Assembly: GCA_047974375.1 (NCBI GenBank)
Contig: JBKECF010000029.1
Span: 4,099 to 68,098 of the forward strand
Reading direction: 5' to 3'
Origin: Lachnospirales bacterium
GTDB taxonomy: Bacteria > Bacillota > Clostridia > Lachnospirales > CAMZNU01
Length of the DNA: 64,000 nucleotides
The position numbers and the translations under genes are program-made. Each line of letters opens with the position of its first letter. Position 1 is the stretch's first letter. This document shows positions 39,743 to 50,655 of this stretch, one piece after another. The notes below the pieces were generated by a model, which was given only the letters and a program-made list of their open reading frames with translations, was not told where the DNA came from and searched no databases.

Positions 39743-42433
39743 ATGAAAAAGCTAATCGGATTAATTAATAGTAAAAATAACCGAGTATCTTATGGTTTGG
39801 AACAATTAAAAAATATTTTATGCACAGATGCGAAAGTAGATTATTGTGAATATGATAAATCTAAAAAAGATTGTCTTTATATATACGGTGGTTTAACAAG
39901 TGATGCTTTTGTAAAAGAAATGGAAGAATCAGGGCTACTAGTTTACCATACTAATGCACCAAAAAACGAGGGCTATTATTTAGCAAAAATCCCAGGGCAC
40001 AATTTAATACTTTGCCTTGGGAAAAATTATAATGGTGTACTGTACGGTTTGCTAGAGCTTTGCGAAATTATAAAAAGGGGAAAAAGCATACCTATGGAAT
40101 TATCAATTTCTGATGAACCTATTTATAAACTGAGAGGGCCAGCGGTGGGAATTCAATTAACAAAAATTGAGCCACCAAGGCTAACTTATGAATATCCTGT
40201 TACCCCAAAAAGATTTCCATGGTTTTACGATAAAAAAATATGGATAGAATTTTTTGACCAAATGATGTGGAATAGGTGTAATGTAATATATTTATGGTCG
40301 GGTCAACCTTTTTCATCTTTCGTAAAATTAAAAGATTTCGAGGATTGTTTAGAAGTAACAGAAGAAGAATACAAAATGAACGTGGAAATGCTAAATTGGC
40401 TTACTAAGGAATGCGACAAAAGAGGAATTTGGCTAGTTTTCAAATTCTATAGTATTCACATACCTTTACCTCTAGCTGAAAAAAACAATATTGAGCTTTT
40501 GCAAAACCAAATAACTTCTTTAAATAGAAAATATAACTATGATGGCATTGTAGAGTTTATAAAATCTTTTCCAAATGTAGGGCTTATGGTTTGCCTTGGT
40601 GAAGCCCTAAGGGGAACTCAAAATAAAACTGACTGGTTTTTAGATACAGTTATACCTGCCGTTAAAGAGGGGGTAAAAGAAACTGGTATAAAAGACTTGC
40701 CGCCCCTTATTTTAAGGGGACATGATTGCGACCCGAATGCTATTATGGAAAAGGCAGTTCATATGTACGATAATCTTTATACAATGTGGAAATACAATGG
40801 GGAAAGCTTAACAAGTTATCACTTAACAGGAAAATGGAAAGATATTCACGAAAAGCTGTCTTCTAATGGTCAAACTCATATTATGAATGTTCACGTACTA
40901 GCCAACTTAGAGCCTTTTAGATATGCAGCAACAGAATTTATACAAAAATGTATACAAGCGGGAACGGCGAAATATGGAAATAATGGATTGCATTTATATC
41001 CTTTATTTTTCTGGGACTGGCCCTATGCTGCCGATAAATCAGAAAACAGGCTATTGCAAAAAGAAAGAGACTGGATGTGGTACAAAGCTTGGTTTAGGTA
41101 TGCCTGGAACCCCAATTTAGATGTAAATACAGAAAAATTATATTGGATAGATGTATTGTCGGAGCATTTTAACTGTGAACACAGTCTTGGGGAAAATATT
41201 TACAAGGCGTTAAATTATATAGGCGAATGTACCCCAAGAATGCTTCGTAGGTTTGGTATAACTGAAGGTAATAGACAAACTTTAAATTTAGGGATGACAA
41301 TGAGTCAACTTACTAATGCTTCTAAATATCGTCCAAATTATGAGTTGTATAAATCTGTTTCAACTCCAGGGGAACAGCTGGATGCATATTGTCGAAAAGA
41401 AATAAATGGACAGGAACATTTTGGGGAAAATCCTATAGATATGTTTAACGATGTAATATGGTATGCAAAAGAGGCATACGACAATATTTTAAAAGTAAAA
41501 AATAAAGTTAATAAAAATAATGAAGAATTAAATTATTATATTTCCGATATAGAAGCAATTTATAAGTTAGTAATGCATTTTAATTATAAAGTAAAGGCTG
41601 CGGCACAAATTTTATACTATAAATACACAATGGATGAAAATTGCGTAGGAGATGTAAGTATATTAGAAAAGGCATTACCTCTTTGGGAAGAAAGCCTTAA
41701 GTGGTATAGGGAGCTAGAGGAATTAACAAAAAATACCTATTTGTATGCAAACAGTATGCAAACACCTCAAAGGAAAATTCCATTCCCTAATGGAGAAACA
41801 TATGGTCATTGGAGTCAGTGCTTACCAGAATACGAAAAAGAATTTATTAATTTCAAGAAAAATCTTAATAATATGAAAAAAGGGATTTTTGTTGAAGATG
41901 AAATAGTTGAAGAAGACACTGTAGTTTTTACAGGTAGCAAATTTAAATTATTAAGCGAAGATTGCTATACTTATAATTTAAAAAAGGGAACAGAAATTTT
42001 TAATGATATGAAATCGGAAATAAAAACTTATGCTCCTGAGCTAGAGGGACTTACAGGTATAGGGTTTTCCTTGGGAAAGGCTATTACGGATGGCATGACT
42101 GTAAAAGTTGAACTGGAGGAAGATTCTAAAATATTGTTGGCATACATGAATGCAAAAGGCTTAGAGTGGCTACAAGTACCAGATTTAGAAACAAATACCC
42201 ATGCTGATGATAGAGGTGGACTAGCTATAGTAATAGGGAATGCAATGCAAGCTGAAGGCTGTCCAGATATGAATGTTCACGCCTTTACCTATGAAAAAGG
42301 AGTGCACGAATTATACCTTGGTACAGGTGGTTATACAATAGTAGGTATCATTCCAAAAAACACAGAAATAAAAGTGCGAAATGCTGGGCTTTTTGGTGAA
42401 ACAAAAGATAAATTAGATTGGTTGTATGAATAG
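39743..42433 (+). CDS. Glycoside hydrolase, GH138-like (alpha-galacturonidase family)
   Basis: YEYP.TP..FPWFYDK, PNVGLMVCLGEA, LRGHD, KYNGESLT, NVHVLANLEPFR and WDWPY, which I recall from the Bacteroides BT0997-type GH138; no signal peptide. Confidence 0.68.
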   Translation: MKKLIGLINSKNNRVSYGLEQLKNILCTDAKVDYCEYDKSKKDCLYIYGGLTSDAFVKEMEESGLLVYHTNAPKNEGYYLAKIPGHNLILCLGKNYNGVLYGLLELCEIIKRGKSIPMELSISDEPIYKLRGPAVGIQLTKIEPPRLTYEYPVTPKRFPWFYDKKIWIEFFDQMMWNRCNVIYLWSGQPFSSFVKLKDFEDCLEVTEEEYKMNVEMLNWLTKECDKRGIWLVFKFYSIHIPLPLAEKNNIELLQNQITSLNRKYNYDGIVEFIKSFPNVGLMVCLGEALRGTQNKTDWFLDTVIPAVKEGVKETGIKDLPPLILRGHDCDPNAIMEKAVHMYDNLYTMWKYNGESLTSYHLTGKWKDIHEKLSSNGQTHIMNVHVLANLEPFRYAATEFIQKCIQAGTAKYGNNGLHLYPLFFWDWPYAADKSENRLLQKERDWMWYKAWFRYAWNPNLDVNTEKLYWIDVLSEHFNCEHSLGENIYKALNYIGECTPRMLRRFGITEGNRQTLNLGMTMSQLTNASKYRPNYELYKSVSTPGEQLDAYCRKEINGQEHFGENPIDMFNDVIWYAKEAYDNILKVKNKVNKNNEELNYYISDIEAIYKLVMHFNYKVKAAAQILYYKYTMDENCVGDVSILEKALPLWEESLKWYRELEELTKNTYLYANSMQTPQRKIPFPNGETYGHWSQCLPEYEKEFINFKKNLNNMKKGIFVEDEIVEEDTVVFTGSKFKLLSEDCYTYNLKKGTEIFNDMKSEIKTYAPELEGLTGIGFSLGKAITDGMTVKVELEEDSKILLAYMNAKGLEWLQVPDLETNTHADDRGGLAIVIGNAMQAEGCPDMNVHAFTYEKGVHELYLGTGGYTIVGIIPKNTEIKVRNAGLFGETKDKLDWLYE

Positions 42434-42447
42434 TTTGGAGGCGTACA

Positions 42448-43530
42448 ATGGAAAAAAAATTAAGAATGGGCGTGCTAGGTCTTGGTGAAGGTAGAAGTAT
42501 TATTTCTGCAGTTATGCAAAGTGACTATTGGGAAATAGGAAATATTTGCGATTTAAATGAAGATTTATGCAAGGAACAAGCAAATGCTTTTGCCTTAAGC
42601 CAGTACACATTGGATTACGAAGAAATGTTAAAAGATGAAAATATTGATGTAATAGGCATCTATACACCAGATCAACTACATGCAGAGCATATACTCATGG
42701 CTTTAAAGGCAGGAAAAGATGTAATTTGTACTAAACCCGTTATGGTTGATTTAGATAGAGCCAATGAATTGTTGGCAGTACAAAAAGAAACTGGAAAGTT
42801 AGTGTTTATAGGGCAAAGTTCCAGATATTTCGAGCCAATGCTACATCAAAGAGCTGATTATAATGAAGGCAAACACGGCGAGTTAGTAACTATGGAAGCC
42901 CATTATATGAGTGATTCTAGATGGTTTTTGGAAAAAGCATGGAGCCATCAAAAAGGTTTTAGCTGGATGTATAACTTTATGATACATGCCGTTGACTTAA
43001 CAGCGTGGTATTTACCCAATGTAGAAGAAGTTTATGGGGCTGGTGTAGTAAGTGCAAATACAAAGGCCTTTGGCTTAAATGTACCAGATACATTAAAATT
43101 TATTCTAACAGATAAAAGTGGCATAAGTGCTACAGTTAGTGGAATTTATGCAACTCCTGCATTGGGCAATGATACAGAGGCATCAATAAATTGTACTCTT
43201 AGAGGGACCGATGGCGTAAGCCGTGCCAATTACCCTAGGTTAAAATATCTTACTAAATTTGATAAAAAACAAAAACAAGTAGACATTCATGACTTCAATG
43301 ATAAACATAAGTATTATTTTAGGTTTGAGGGTGAAAGTCACCACGCTGGGGAGTATCAAAACTATATAGAAGACTTCGCTAAATGTAAAGCTGAGGGCAA
43401 AACTCCTTTACCAGACTTAAAAGAGGCAGTGCGCACATTAGCAATAATGGAAGCTATGGAACTTTCTGTAGAAACTGGACAGGTTATAAGAGTATCAGAT
43501 GTATTAAAAAACCGTGATATAAATATTTAA
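42448..43530 (+). CDS. Gfo/Idh/MocA oxidoreductase
   Basis: GVLGLGEG, YTPDQLHAEH, ICTKP and IHAVD. Confidence 0.88.
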   Translation: MEKKLRMGVLGLGEGRSIISAVMQSDYWEIGNICDLNEDLCKEQANAFALSQYTLDYEEMLKDENIDVIGIYTPDQLHAEHILMALKAGKDVICTKPVMVDLDRANELLAVQKETGKLVFIGQSSRYFEPMLHQRADYNEGKHGELVTMEAHYMSDSRWFLEKAWSHQKGFSWMYNFMIHAVDLTAWYLPNVEEVYGAGVVSANTKAFGLNVPDTLKFILTDKSGISATVSGIYATPALGNDTEASINCTLRGTDGVSRANYPRLKYLTKFDKKQKQVDIHDFNDKHKYYFRFEGESHHAGEYQNYIEDFAKCKAEGKTPLPDLKEAVRTLAIMEAMELSVETGQVIRVSDVLKNRDINI

Positions 43531-43601
43531 ATGTCTGTCAAAGAATAAAATAAGGCTGGCGGAAATTCGTCAGTCTTTTTTTATAACACAAGGAGATGAA
43601 T

Positions 43602-44945
43602 ATGGATAAAAAAATGCCGAGAGAAATGACGGGCGCAGAGCTTAGGTCAATGTTAAAAAGTAGTATTAACTTAAAAAGTTTAGGTGGAGTTAAATGCGAG
43701 GAATTAAATCTATCTAAAGAAGATAAAAAATGGTGGAAAGACGCTAAAATTGGAATGTTTATACATTGGGGTCTATACTCAGCTTTAGGAAAAGGTGAAT
43801 GGGCAAAATACAATTTAAAAATTGATGATGAAGAGTATAACAAGCTTTCCGAAGAATTATTACAAGAAGACTTTAATGCGGAAGAGTGGGTAGAAATAGC
43901 AAAGGATTTTGGTGCAAACTACAGTGTAATGGTTACCAAGCATCATGATGGCTTTGCGCTTTGGGGTTCCAAAGGTAGCTACAATGATTTTAATTCTTGT
44001 AAAATGCCACCTCATAGAGATGTTGTTAGAGAGTTTGTAGATGGTTGCAGAAAAAATAATTTAGCTGTAGGGCTTTATTACTCTCCTATGGATTGGAGAT
44101 TTCCGGGATATTTCGACCCAGAGGGTCTGCCGGAAAATGCAAGTCTAATGAAAAAACAATGTTATTCCCAAGTGGAAGAGTTGTGCAGGGACTATGGACC
44201 TTTAGATATTCTTTGGTATGATGGAGCTTGGCTTGCACATAAGGGTAGCGATACAACAAGTGCTTGGTTTTGGGAGCCGTCAAAACTTAACAAAATGGCA
44301 AGAAAATATAATCCTAAAATGATGATTAACCCACGTTCTGGCTGGGAGGGGGATTTTTATTGTGATGAGGGTTCCCATGAAATAACAGGGCAAATAATGC
44401 CTGTGCTTTGGGAGAAAAATATGTGCGTATGCTCAGGAAGTTCATGGGGGTGGATGAAAGAGGACCCTGTTTCAGATTTTAATTGGCTTATAAAAATGAT
44501 GATAAACACAGTTTGTAGAGGTGGAAACTGGTTAGTTAATATAGGACCAGACAAAAATGGTAAAATATCTAAGGAAATAAGAAATAGAATGAAAGAAGTA
44601 GGGGACTGGTTAAGGGAATATGGTGAAAGTGTATATGCAACAGAGGGCGGGCCTATAGAACCTATCGATAATGTTTATGGCACAACTTTTAAAGAGAATA
44701 AAGTATACTTACACATATTAGATGAAGAAAAATTTAAGGAAGAGCAGTTGCCTCTTATGGAAAATAAACTAAAAAATATAAAAACTTTTCAAGGTGAAGC
44801 TGTTGACTATAGTATTTCAAACACTGGAATTAAAATTAATTTAGATAAAATTAACATGGAGTCACCAGATAGAATTTTAATTTTAGAGTTTGAGAATGAT
44901 ATTGAATTTGAAAAAGTAAGTGAAATATATTTTACAGGTAAATAA
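43602..44945 (+). CDS. GH29 alpha-L-fucosidase
   Basis: GMFIHWG, TKHHDGF, LWYDG and GGNWLVNIGP. Confidence 0.9.
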   Translation: MDKKMPREMTGAELRSMLKSSINLKSLGGVKCEELNLSKEDKKWWKDAKIGMFIHWGLYSALGKGEWAKYNLKIDDEEYNKLSEELLQEDFNAEEWVEIAKDFGANYSVMVTKHHDGFALWGSKGSYNDFNSCKMPPHRDVVREFVDGCRKNNLAVGLYYSPMDWRFPGYFDPEGLPENASLMKKQCYSQVEELCRDYGPLDILWYDGAWLAHKGSDTTSAWFWEPSKLNKMARKYNPKMMINPRSGWEGDFYCDEGSHEITGQIMPVLWEKNMCVCSGSSWGWMKEDPVSDFNWLIKMMINTVCRGGNWLVNIGPDKNGKISKEIRNRMKEVGDWLREYGESVYATEGGPIEPIDNVYGTTFKENKVYLHILDEEKFKEEQLPLMENKLKNIKTFQGEAVDYSISNTGIKINLDKINMESPDRILILEFENDIEFEKVSEIYFTGK

Positions 44946-44961
44946 ATTTTAGGAGGAAAAT

Positions 44962-46983
44962 ATGTATTACGGAACGTCCTATTACCCAGAACATAAAAAT
45001 GAAGCTGAGCTAAATCATGATATAAAGTTATTAATTGATTCAAAAATAAATACCATTAGAATGGGAGAATTTTCTTGGTGTAGAATGGAGCCGAAAGAAA
45101 ATGAATACGACTTTAATTGGCTTATAAAAGTAGTAAATAAACTTGGGGAAAATGGAATTAATACAGTACTTTGCACGCCAACGGCTTGCCCTCCTATTTG
45201 GCTTATTGAAAAATATCCAAATGTATTATATCAAGATAATAAAAGAGTAGTACGCCCCTTTGGTGGTAGAAGGCATTATTGCTATACTAATGAAAATTAT
45301 AGAAAACATTCAGAAAAAATAACAAGGGAGTTAAGCAAGGCTTTTGGTAAAAATCCCTATGTAATAGCTGTACAAATAGATAATGAACCAGCTCAAGAGG
45401 GCACAGGCCGTTGTACTTGCAAGAATTGCGAAAGTCGCTTTCACAAATGGTTAGAGGAAAAATACAAAACTATTGAAGAGTACAATAAGAGAAGTGGAAG
45501 TATTTTTTGGAGTCAAGAGTACACAAGATTTGACCAAATATCTTTTCCAGTAAACACTATAGAAGTTGGTGCACAGAATTCTATAAATGCATTTTATGAA
45601 AGTCCAACAGTAAGGTTGGATTTCGAGAATTTTGCCAGTGATATGCAAATTGAGTATCAAGACATTCAAACTAAAGTTTTAAAAGAATATTTTTCAAGTA
45701 ATGTAGAAATAACGACTAATGGTACGGGTCTAGCTACTAATAGCATAGATTACTATAAAAGTTTTAAAGATTTAGACAAATATGCTTTTGACTATTATCC
45801 AGATTTAAGAGATGCACAAGTTAGTTCTTTGCCCTATGCTTTTGGTAGAGGCATAAAGGAGGATAATGCCTTTTGGATATTGGAATTTATGTCAGGTGGT
45901 GGTCATCGTCTTAGTGGATCTGGCAGATTACAGCCTAACCCTAATGCATTAAAGCAATCAGTTTTACATTCCTTTGCTCATGGAGCACAAATGATGTTGC
46001 ATTTTCAATTTAGAACTTATCCTTTTGGTGCAGAGCAATTAAACTATGCCATTGTGGACATGGATGGAGTTCCAAGGCGAAGATATTTCGAAATGAAGGA
46101 AACAGCAGAGCTTTTAGAAAAATTAAAAGCTATAGAATATGCTGAATTTAAAAGTGAAGTAGCTATAGTATTTGACTATGAATCTCATTGGGCGTTACGT
46201 ATAAAGCCTGTAAATGATCCAGTTTTTAAGTACTTAAACTATCTTGAAAGTTTATATAAAAATTTAGAGGTAGCAGGCCTTAATGCTGACGTAATTTCTT
46301 TAAAAGGAGATTTAAATAAATACAAAGTTTTAATTTTACCTACAACGATTATTTTAAGCAGAAAAAATCAAGAAAAACTTAAAATTTACGTGAAAAATGG
46401 TGGCGTATTAATAGGTACTTTCCTTACGTCAGTTAAAAATGAAGATAATGTAGGCTACACAGATGTATTACCAGCAGGCTTAACAGAAGTATTTGCCACA
46501 ACTGTAGAAGAAGTAGAGCCAGTTTTTGAAAAAAATATAAATAAAGTTGAAATAAACTTAAACGGTGAGATAATAACATCAATGGATAGATCTTGGAGCG
46601 AGCTCCTAGGTGGCGATTCCAAAGCAGTAGGTACATATTTAGAAGATTATAAGGTTGGAGAAAAAGCAATATCTGTTAATAATTATGGAAAAGGTAAAGC
46701 GTACTATATAGGTACGGACTTAGAAGATAATGGGTATATTAATTTATTTAAACATATTGCCAAGGAAGCAAATATAAGCTGTACTTCCATTAACAGAGAG
46801 AAAAATGTAGAGGTTGTAAAAAGATTTTTAAATAATAAAGAAATAATATTTATATTTAACTTTACAGGAAAAGACCAAGAGATTAAACTAGATGAAGAAT
46901 ATACAAATTATATAAGCCAAGAAAAAGCAGTAGGAAAAATATCTATAGAGAGAAATGGAACTTTAATACTTGAGAAAATCTAG
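44962..46983 (+). CDS. GH42 beta-galactosidase-like
   Basis: YYPEH, GEFSW..MEP, TPTACPP.W, DNEP, CTCKNC and GAEQ. Confidence 0.87.
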   Translation: MYYGTSYYPEHKNEAELNHDIKLLIDSKINTIRMGEFSWCRMEPKENEYDFNWLIKVVNKLGENGINTVLCTPTACPPIWLIEKYPNVLYQDNKRVVRPFGGRRHYCYTNENYRKHSEKITRELSKAFGKNPYVIAVQIDNEPAQEGTGRCTCKNCESRFHKWLEEKYKTIEEYNKRSGSIFWSQEYTRFDQISFPVNTIEVGAQNSINAFYESPTVRLDFENFASDMQIEYQDIQTKVLKEYFSSNVEITTNGTGLATNSIDYYKSFKDLDKYAFDYYPDLRDAQVSSLPYAFGRGIKEDNAFWILEFMSGGGHRLSGSGRLQPNPNALKQSVLHSFAHGAQMMLHFQFRTYPFGAEQLNYAIVDMDGVPRRRYFEMKETAELLEKLKAIEYAEFKSEVAIVFDYESHWALRIKPVNDPVFKYLNYLESLYKNLEVAGLNADVISLKGDLNKYKVLILPTTIILSRKNQEKLKIYVKNGGVLIGTFLTSVKNEDNVGYTDVLPAGLTEVFATTVEEVEPVFEKNINKVEINLNGEIITSMDRSWSELLGGDSKAVGTYLEDYKVGEKAISVNNYGKGKAYYIGTDLEDNGYINLFKHIAKEANISCTSINREKNVEVVKRFLNNKEIIFIFNFTGKDQEIKLDEEYTNYISQEKAVGKISIERNGTLILEKI

Positions 46984-46992
46984 AGGTGCAAA

Positions 46993-48081
46993 ATGCTAAA
47001 TGAAATAAAGGATATAAAGATTTATGAAGCAACATCAGAAATATCTCAGCCTATAGCAGATTCTACCCACAATATAAGTGAAATAAGTTTTTTTGTTGTG
47101 GAAGTAATTACAGAGGAAAATATAGTTGGCCAAGGTTATTTATTATCTTTCCACTACTCTAAAAATGCCATCAAGGGTGCGCTTATAGATGGTAAAAATT
47201 TTATTTTACAACAGGGGTATAAGGTTTACGAGACTGTTAAAATGAAAAAGGAATTTGATATTGAAAGCGAATATTTTGGCAGCCTAGGTTTGCAAAGATG
47301 GGTTCAAGCTACTTTAAATGTTGCTATGTGGGATGCTTGGGCGAAAACATTAAAAATGCCAATTTGGAAAATTTTTGGAGTATCTACATATAAGATACCT
47401 GTTTATGGAAGTGGAGGATGGTTATCCTATTCCATAAATGAGCTTATTGAAGAAGTTACTAATTATAAAAAAAGTGGCTTCAAAGCTGTAAAAATAAAAG
47501 TTGGCTCGGAGTCTGTAGAAGAAGATTTAGAAAGATTGTATAAAGTTAGGGAAGCTATTGGCAATGATGTTAAAATAATGATGGATGCTAATCAAGGTAT
47601 GACGGGAATTACAGCCTTATTGTTAGCAGAAAGAGCAAAAGAAATTGGCATACATTGGTTTGAAGAGCCTGTTCTTAACACAGATTATGAAAGTTATAAA
47701 ATTCTGAAAAATAAAACAGGTATTTCCTTGGCAATGGGTGAAAGGGAGTATAATATAGAAAGCCTAAAGGCACTTATAGCTAGAAATGCTATAGACCTTT
47801 GGCAACCAGACATAATTAGAATTGGTGGAGTAGAGGAGTGGCGAAATTCAGCGGCATTAGCTAATAGTTACCATATACCTGTATTGCCTCATTATTATAA
47901 AGATTACGATGTTCCTTTATTAGCAACTGTACCAAATGGCTATGGTGCTGAATCCTTTGATTGGATAGATGGAATTATTGATAATAAAATGGTAGTAGAA
48001 GATGGATATGCACAATTAAGACAAGGCGACGGCTGGGGATTTAATTTTAAAAAAGAATTTTTAAAGGAGATTTATGTTTAA
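46993..48081 (+). CDS. Enolase-superfamily (mandelate racemase subgroup) acid-sugar dehydratase
   Basis: KIKVG, MMDAN, FEEP, GE, QPD and PH motifs. Confidence 0.85.
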   Translation: MLNEIKDIKIYEATSEISQPIADSTHNISEISFFVVEVITEENIVGQGYLLSFHYSKNAIKGALIDGKNFILQQGYKVYETVKMKKEFDIESEYFGSLGLQRWVQATLNVAMWDAWAKTLKMPIWKIFGVSTYKIPVYGSGGWLSYSINELIEEVTNYKKSGFKAVKIKVGSESVEEDLERLYKVREAIGNDVKIMMDANQGMTGITALLLAERAKEIGIHWFEEPVLNTDYESYKILKNKTGISLAMGEREYNIESLKALIARNAIDLWQPDIIRIGGVEEWRNSAALANSYHIPVLPHYYKDYDVPLLATVPNGYGAESFDWIDGIIDNKMVVEDGYAQLRQGDGWGFNFKKEFLKEIYV

Positions 48082-48814
48082 TTTAAATGGCAGAACGGGA
48101 ATTGTTACAGGTGGTTCAAGTGGTTTAGGATTAGCTATAGCAAATACATTGGCAGATGCAGGAGCTACAGTATACACAATTAGCAGAACAGGAAGAGTAA
48201 AAGACGATACTATACTTCACAAAAATATTGTAGAACTAAAGGGAGATGTGTTGGACTATGAAACATTAGAAGAAATAGTTAAAGAAGTTGGCGAAAAAAA
48301 AGGTATAGATTTCCTAATCAATAATGCTGGTATTACTGTGAAAAAGAGGGCTGAGGATTTTTCTGATGAAGACTTTGATTTAATACATAGAGTAAATGTA
48401 AGCAGTGTTTTTAAACTATCTTGTCTATGCTATCCCTATTTAAAAAAGTCAGAGCACACAGGACGTATTATTAATATTTCATCTATGGCTGCTCATTTAG
48501 GTTTTAGTCAAGTAGTACCATATTGTTCTAGTAAAGGTGCTGTATTGGGATTAACCAAGGGTCTTTCTGTAGAATGGGCTAGAGAGAATATAACAGTTAA
48601 CTCCATAGCACCAGGTTGGTTTCCATCTGAAATGAGTAAACAGGTAATGGATGAAGAACGGAAAAATAAAATATTATCAAGAATGCCATTAAATAAATTT
48701 GGTGACCCTAAAGACATTGGAGCCATGGCGCTTTTTTTAGTAAGTGATAGTGCAAAGTATATAACAGGACAAGATTACGCCGTTGATGGTGGGGCATTGT
48801 CTTTTGGTTTTTAA
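48074..48814 (+). CDS. SDR oxidoreductase (gluconate 5-dehydrogenase/KduD-like)
   Basis: TGGSSGLG, NNAG, YCSSK and VNSIAPGWF. Confidence 0.88.
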   Translation: MFNLNGRTGIVTGGSSGLGLAIANTLADAGATVYTISRTGRVKDDTILHKNIVELKGDVLDYETLEEIVKEVGEKKGIDFLINNAGITVKKRAEDFSDEDFDLIHRVNVSSVFKLSCLCYPYLKKSEHTGRIINISSMAAHLGFSQVVPYCSSKGAVLGLTKGLSVEWARENITVNSIAPGWFPSEMSKQVMDEERKNKILSRMPLNKFGDPKDIGAMALFLVSDSAKYITGQDYAVDGGALSFGF

Positions 48815-48821
48815 TGGATAT

Positions 48822-48867
48822 AAAAAACGTTTCGTTGATAGATTTTGGTCAACGAAACGTTTTTTTT
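48822..48867. terminator. Bidirectional terminator between convergent operons
   Basis: AAAAAACGTTTCGTTGA..TCAACGAAACGTTTTTT. Confidence 0.8.
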
Positions 48868-48872
48868 GTTTT

Positions 48873-49364
48873 TTATAAAGCGTAGAAACCAGATTTATTT
48901 TTACAATCTACGGTTTCTAACAAATTTTTTACATTTTCAAATTGTGAACCTAAAATTTCTTTAGTTAAAATATATCCTTCTTTTTCAGAGGTATATATAA
49001 CAAAAATACTTTTATCCTTTAAAATTCTTTTAGTATTAGTCCATTTTATTTTGTTTACGTTATTATCAAATGAAATAGTGAAATTTTTTTCATCTAAAAT
49101 AATCTTCATATTTTTAGGTAAGTTGCCTATTTGTTTTTTTAACCTTTTATATATAAAAAGGGGTTGAAATATAGGAAATGCAAATACACATAAAAATAAT
49201 AGTATTTTTGAAAAAAGTTCAAAATCAGCCCAAAACCTAAATAGTAAACTCATAGAGCCAATTGTAAAAGTAATGTTTACAACACCAACTAAAGTTTTGT
49301 ACATTGATTTTAAAGTCATTTTTGTCATAATTAAAGGATCAACATAATAATTAAACTCATACAT
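48873..49364 (-). CDS. YcxB-like membrane protein
   Basis: Two TM helices followed by a beta domain (IKWTN..FVIY..GYILTK); directly after dctM. Confidence 0.6.
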   Translation of the reverse strand: MYEFNYYVDPLIMTKMTLKSMYKTLVGVVNITFTIGSMSLLFRFWADFELFSKILLFLCVFAFPIFQPLFIYKRLKKQIGNLPKNMKIILDEKNFTISFDNNVNKIKWTNTKRILKDKSIFVIYTSEKEGYILTKEILGSQFENVKNLLETVDCKNKSGFYAL

Positions 49365-49365
49365 A

Positions 49366-50655
49366 CTAACTAAACAATTCTGGCAAAAATAGACATATTT
49401 GTGGGATAAACGTAATTAACAATAGAGTGATTATCATACAAATATAAAATGGTAGTGTTGCCTTTACAACTTTTTCCATAGGTTCTTTGGAAACGGCGGA
49501 GCCAATAAATAATACAGCTCCAACAGGTGGTGTTAATAAACCGATACCGCAGTTTAATATCATCATTATACCAAATTGTATAGGGTGTATGCCTATAGAA
49601 GTAGCTATTGGTAAAAGTATAGGAGTGGCAATTAAAATAATTGGCGCCATGTCCATTATACAACCTAACAATAGTAATATAATATTTAATAGTAGGGCTA
49701 GAATAATAGGGTTGTCTGTAACACCAATAATTGCATTAGCAGCTAAAGTTGGAACTTTTAATAAAGTTAATAAATATCCAAAAACAGCAGAAGTAGCAAT
49801 TAATATAAGTACAATTGCCAAAGTATATACACATTGATCAAATACTTTCCATACAGCTTTCCATGTAAGTCCCTTATAAATGTAAACACTAACAAATAAA
49901 CTGTATAAAACAGCAATAGCAGCAGATTCTGTTGCTGTAAATGCACCACCTATTACACCGAATACAACTATCACAATAGCGGCTAAAGCCCAAAAGGAAG
50001 TAAGAAATTGTTTTACAAAGTTTACAAAAGAAAATTTTTCACCTTTAGGATAATTTCTCTTTACAGATATTATATAAGAGCCAATCATTAAAGAGATGGC
50101 AAGCAAAGCAGCTGGAGCGTATCCGGCTAAAAATAACGAACCAACAGAAATACCACCAGCAGTTGTAGCGTAAATAATCATATTGTGGGATGGTGGAACA
50201 AGCAAACCTTCTACAGAAGATGTAACAGTAACGGCAGTAGAAAAGTCAGCGTCATAGCCTTCTTCAACCATCATAGGAATTAAAATTGAACCTAAAGATG
50301 CTGTATCAGCTGCTGCAGAACCGGATATGCCACCAAAAAAGTATGATGCAACAATATTAACCATTGCCATACCACCACGCATCCAACCTACACAGGCATT
50401 GGCTAGGGCAATAAGTTTTTCCGAGATACCACCGCTACCCATAAGTACACCCATGGTAATAAAAAACGGAACAGCCATAAGGGAATAAGAACTAATACCC
50501 TTTATCATTTGTTGGCATACTGTAGTAAGAGGTAATTCCATATAAATTAAAGTAAAAACAGATGCCAGTGCAACAGCATAGGCAATAGGAAATCTTAAAA
50601 AAATCATAATAAAGAAGGTTCCTAATAAAATAGCAATAGCAATTGTATTAATCAT
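49366..50655 (-). CDS. dctM: TRAP large permease DctM
   Basis: LMAVPFF, GGISGSAAADT, PPSHN and LLTPPVG. Confidence 0.9.
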   Translation of the reverse strand: MINTIAIAILLGTFFIMIFLRFPIAYAVALASVFTLIYMELPLTTVCQQMIKGISSYSLMAVPFFITMGVLMGSGGISEKLIALANACVGWMRGGMAMVNIVASYFFGGISGSAAADTASLGSILIPMMVEEGYDADFSTAVTVTSSVEGLLVPPSHNMIIYATTAGGISVGSLFLAGYAPAALLAISLMIGSYIISVKRNYPKGEKFSFVNFVKQFLTSFWALAAIVIVVFGVIGGAFTATESAAIAVLYSLFVSVYIYKGLTWKAVWKVFDQCVYTLAIVLILIATSAVFGYLLTLLKVPTLAANAIIGVTDNPIILALLLNIILLLLGCIMDMAPIILIATPILLPIATSIGIHPIQFGIMMILNCGIGLLTPPVGAVLFIGSAVSKEPMEKVVKATLPFYICMIITLLLITFIPQICLFLPELFS

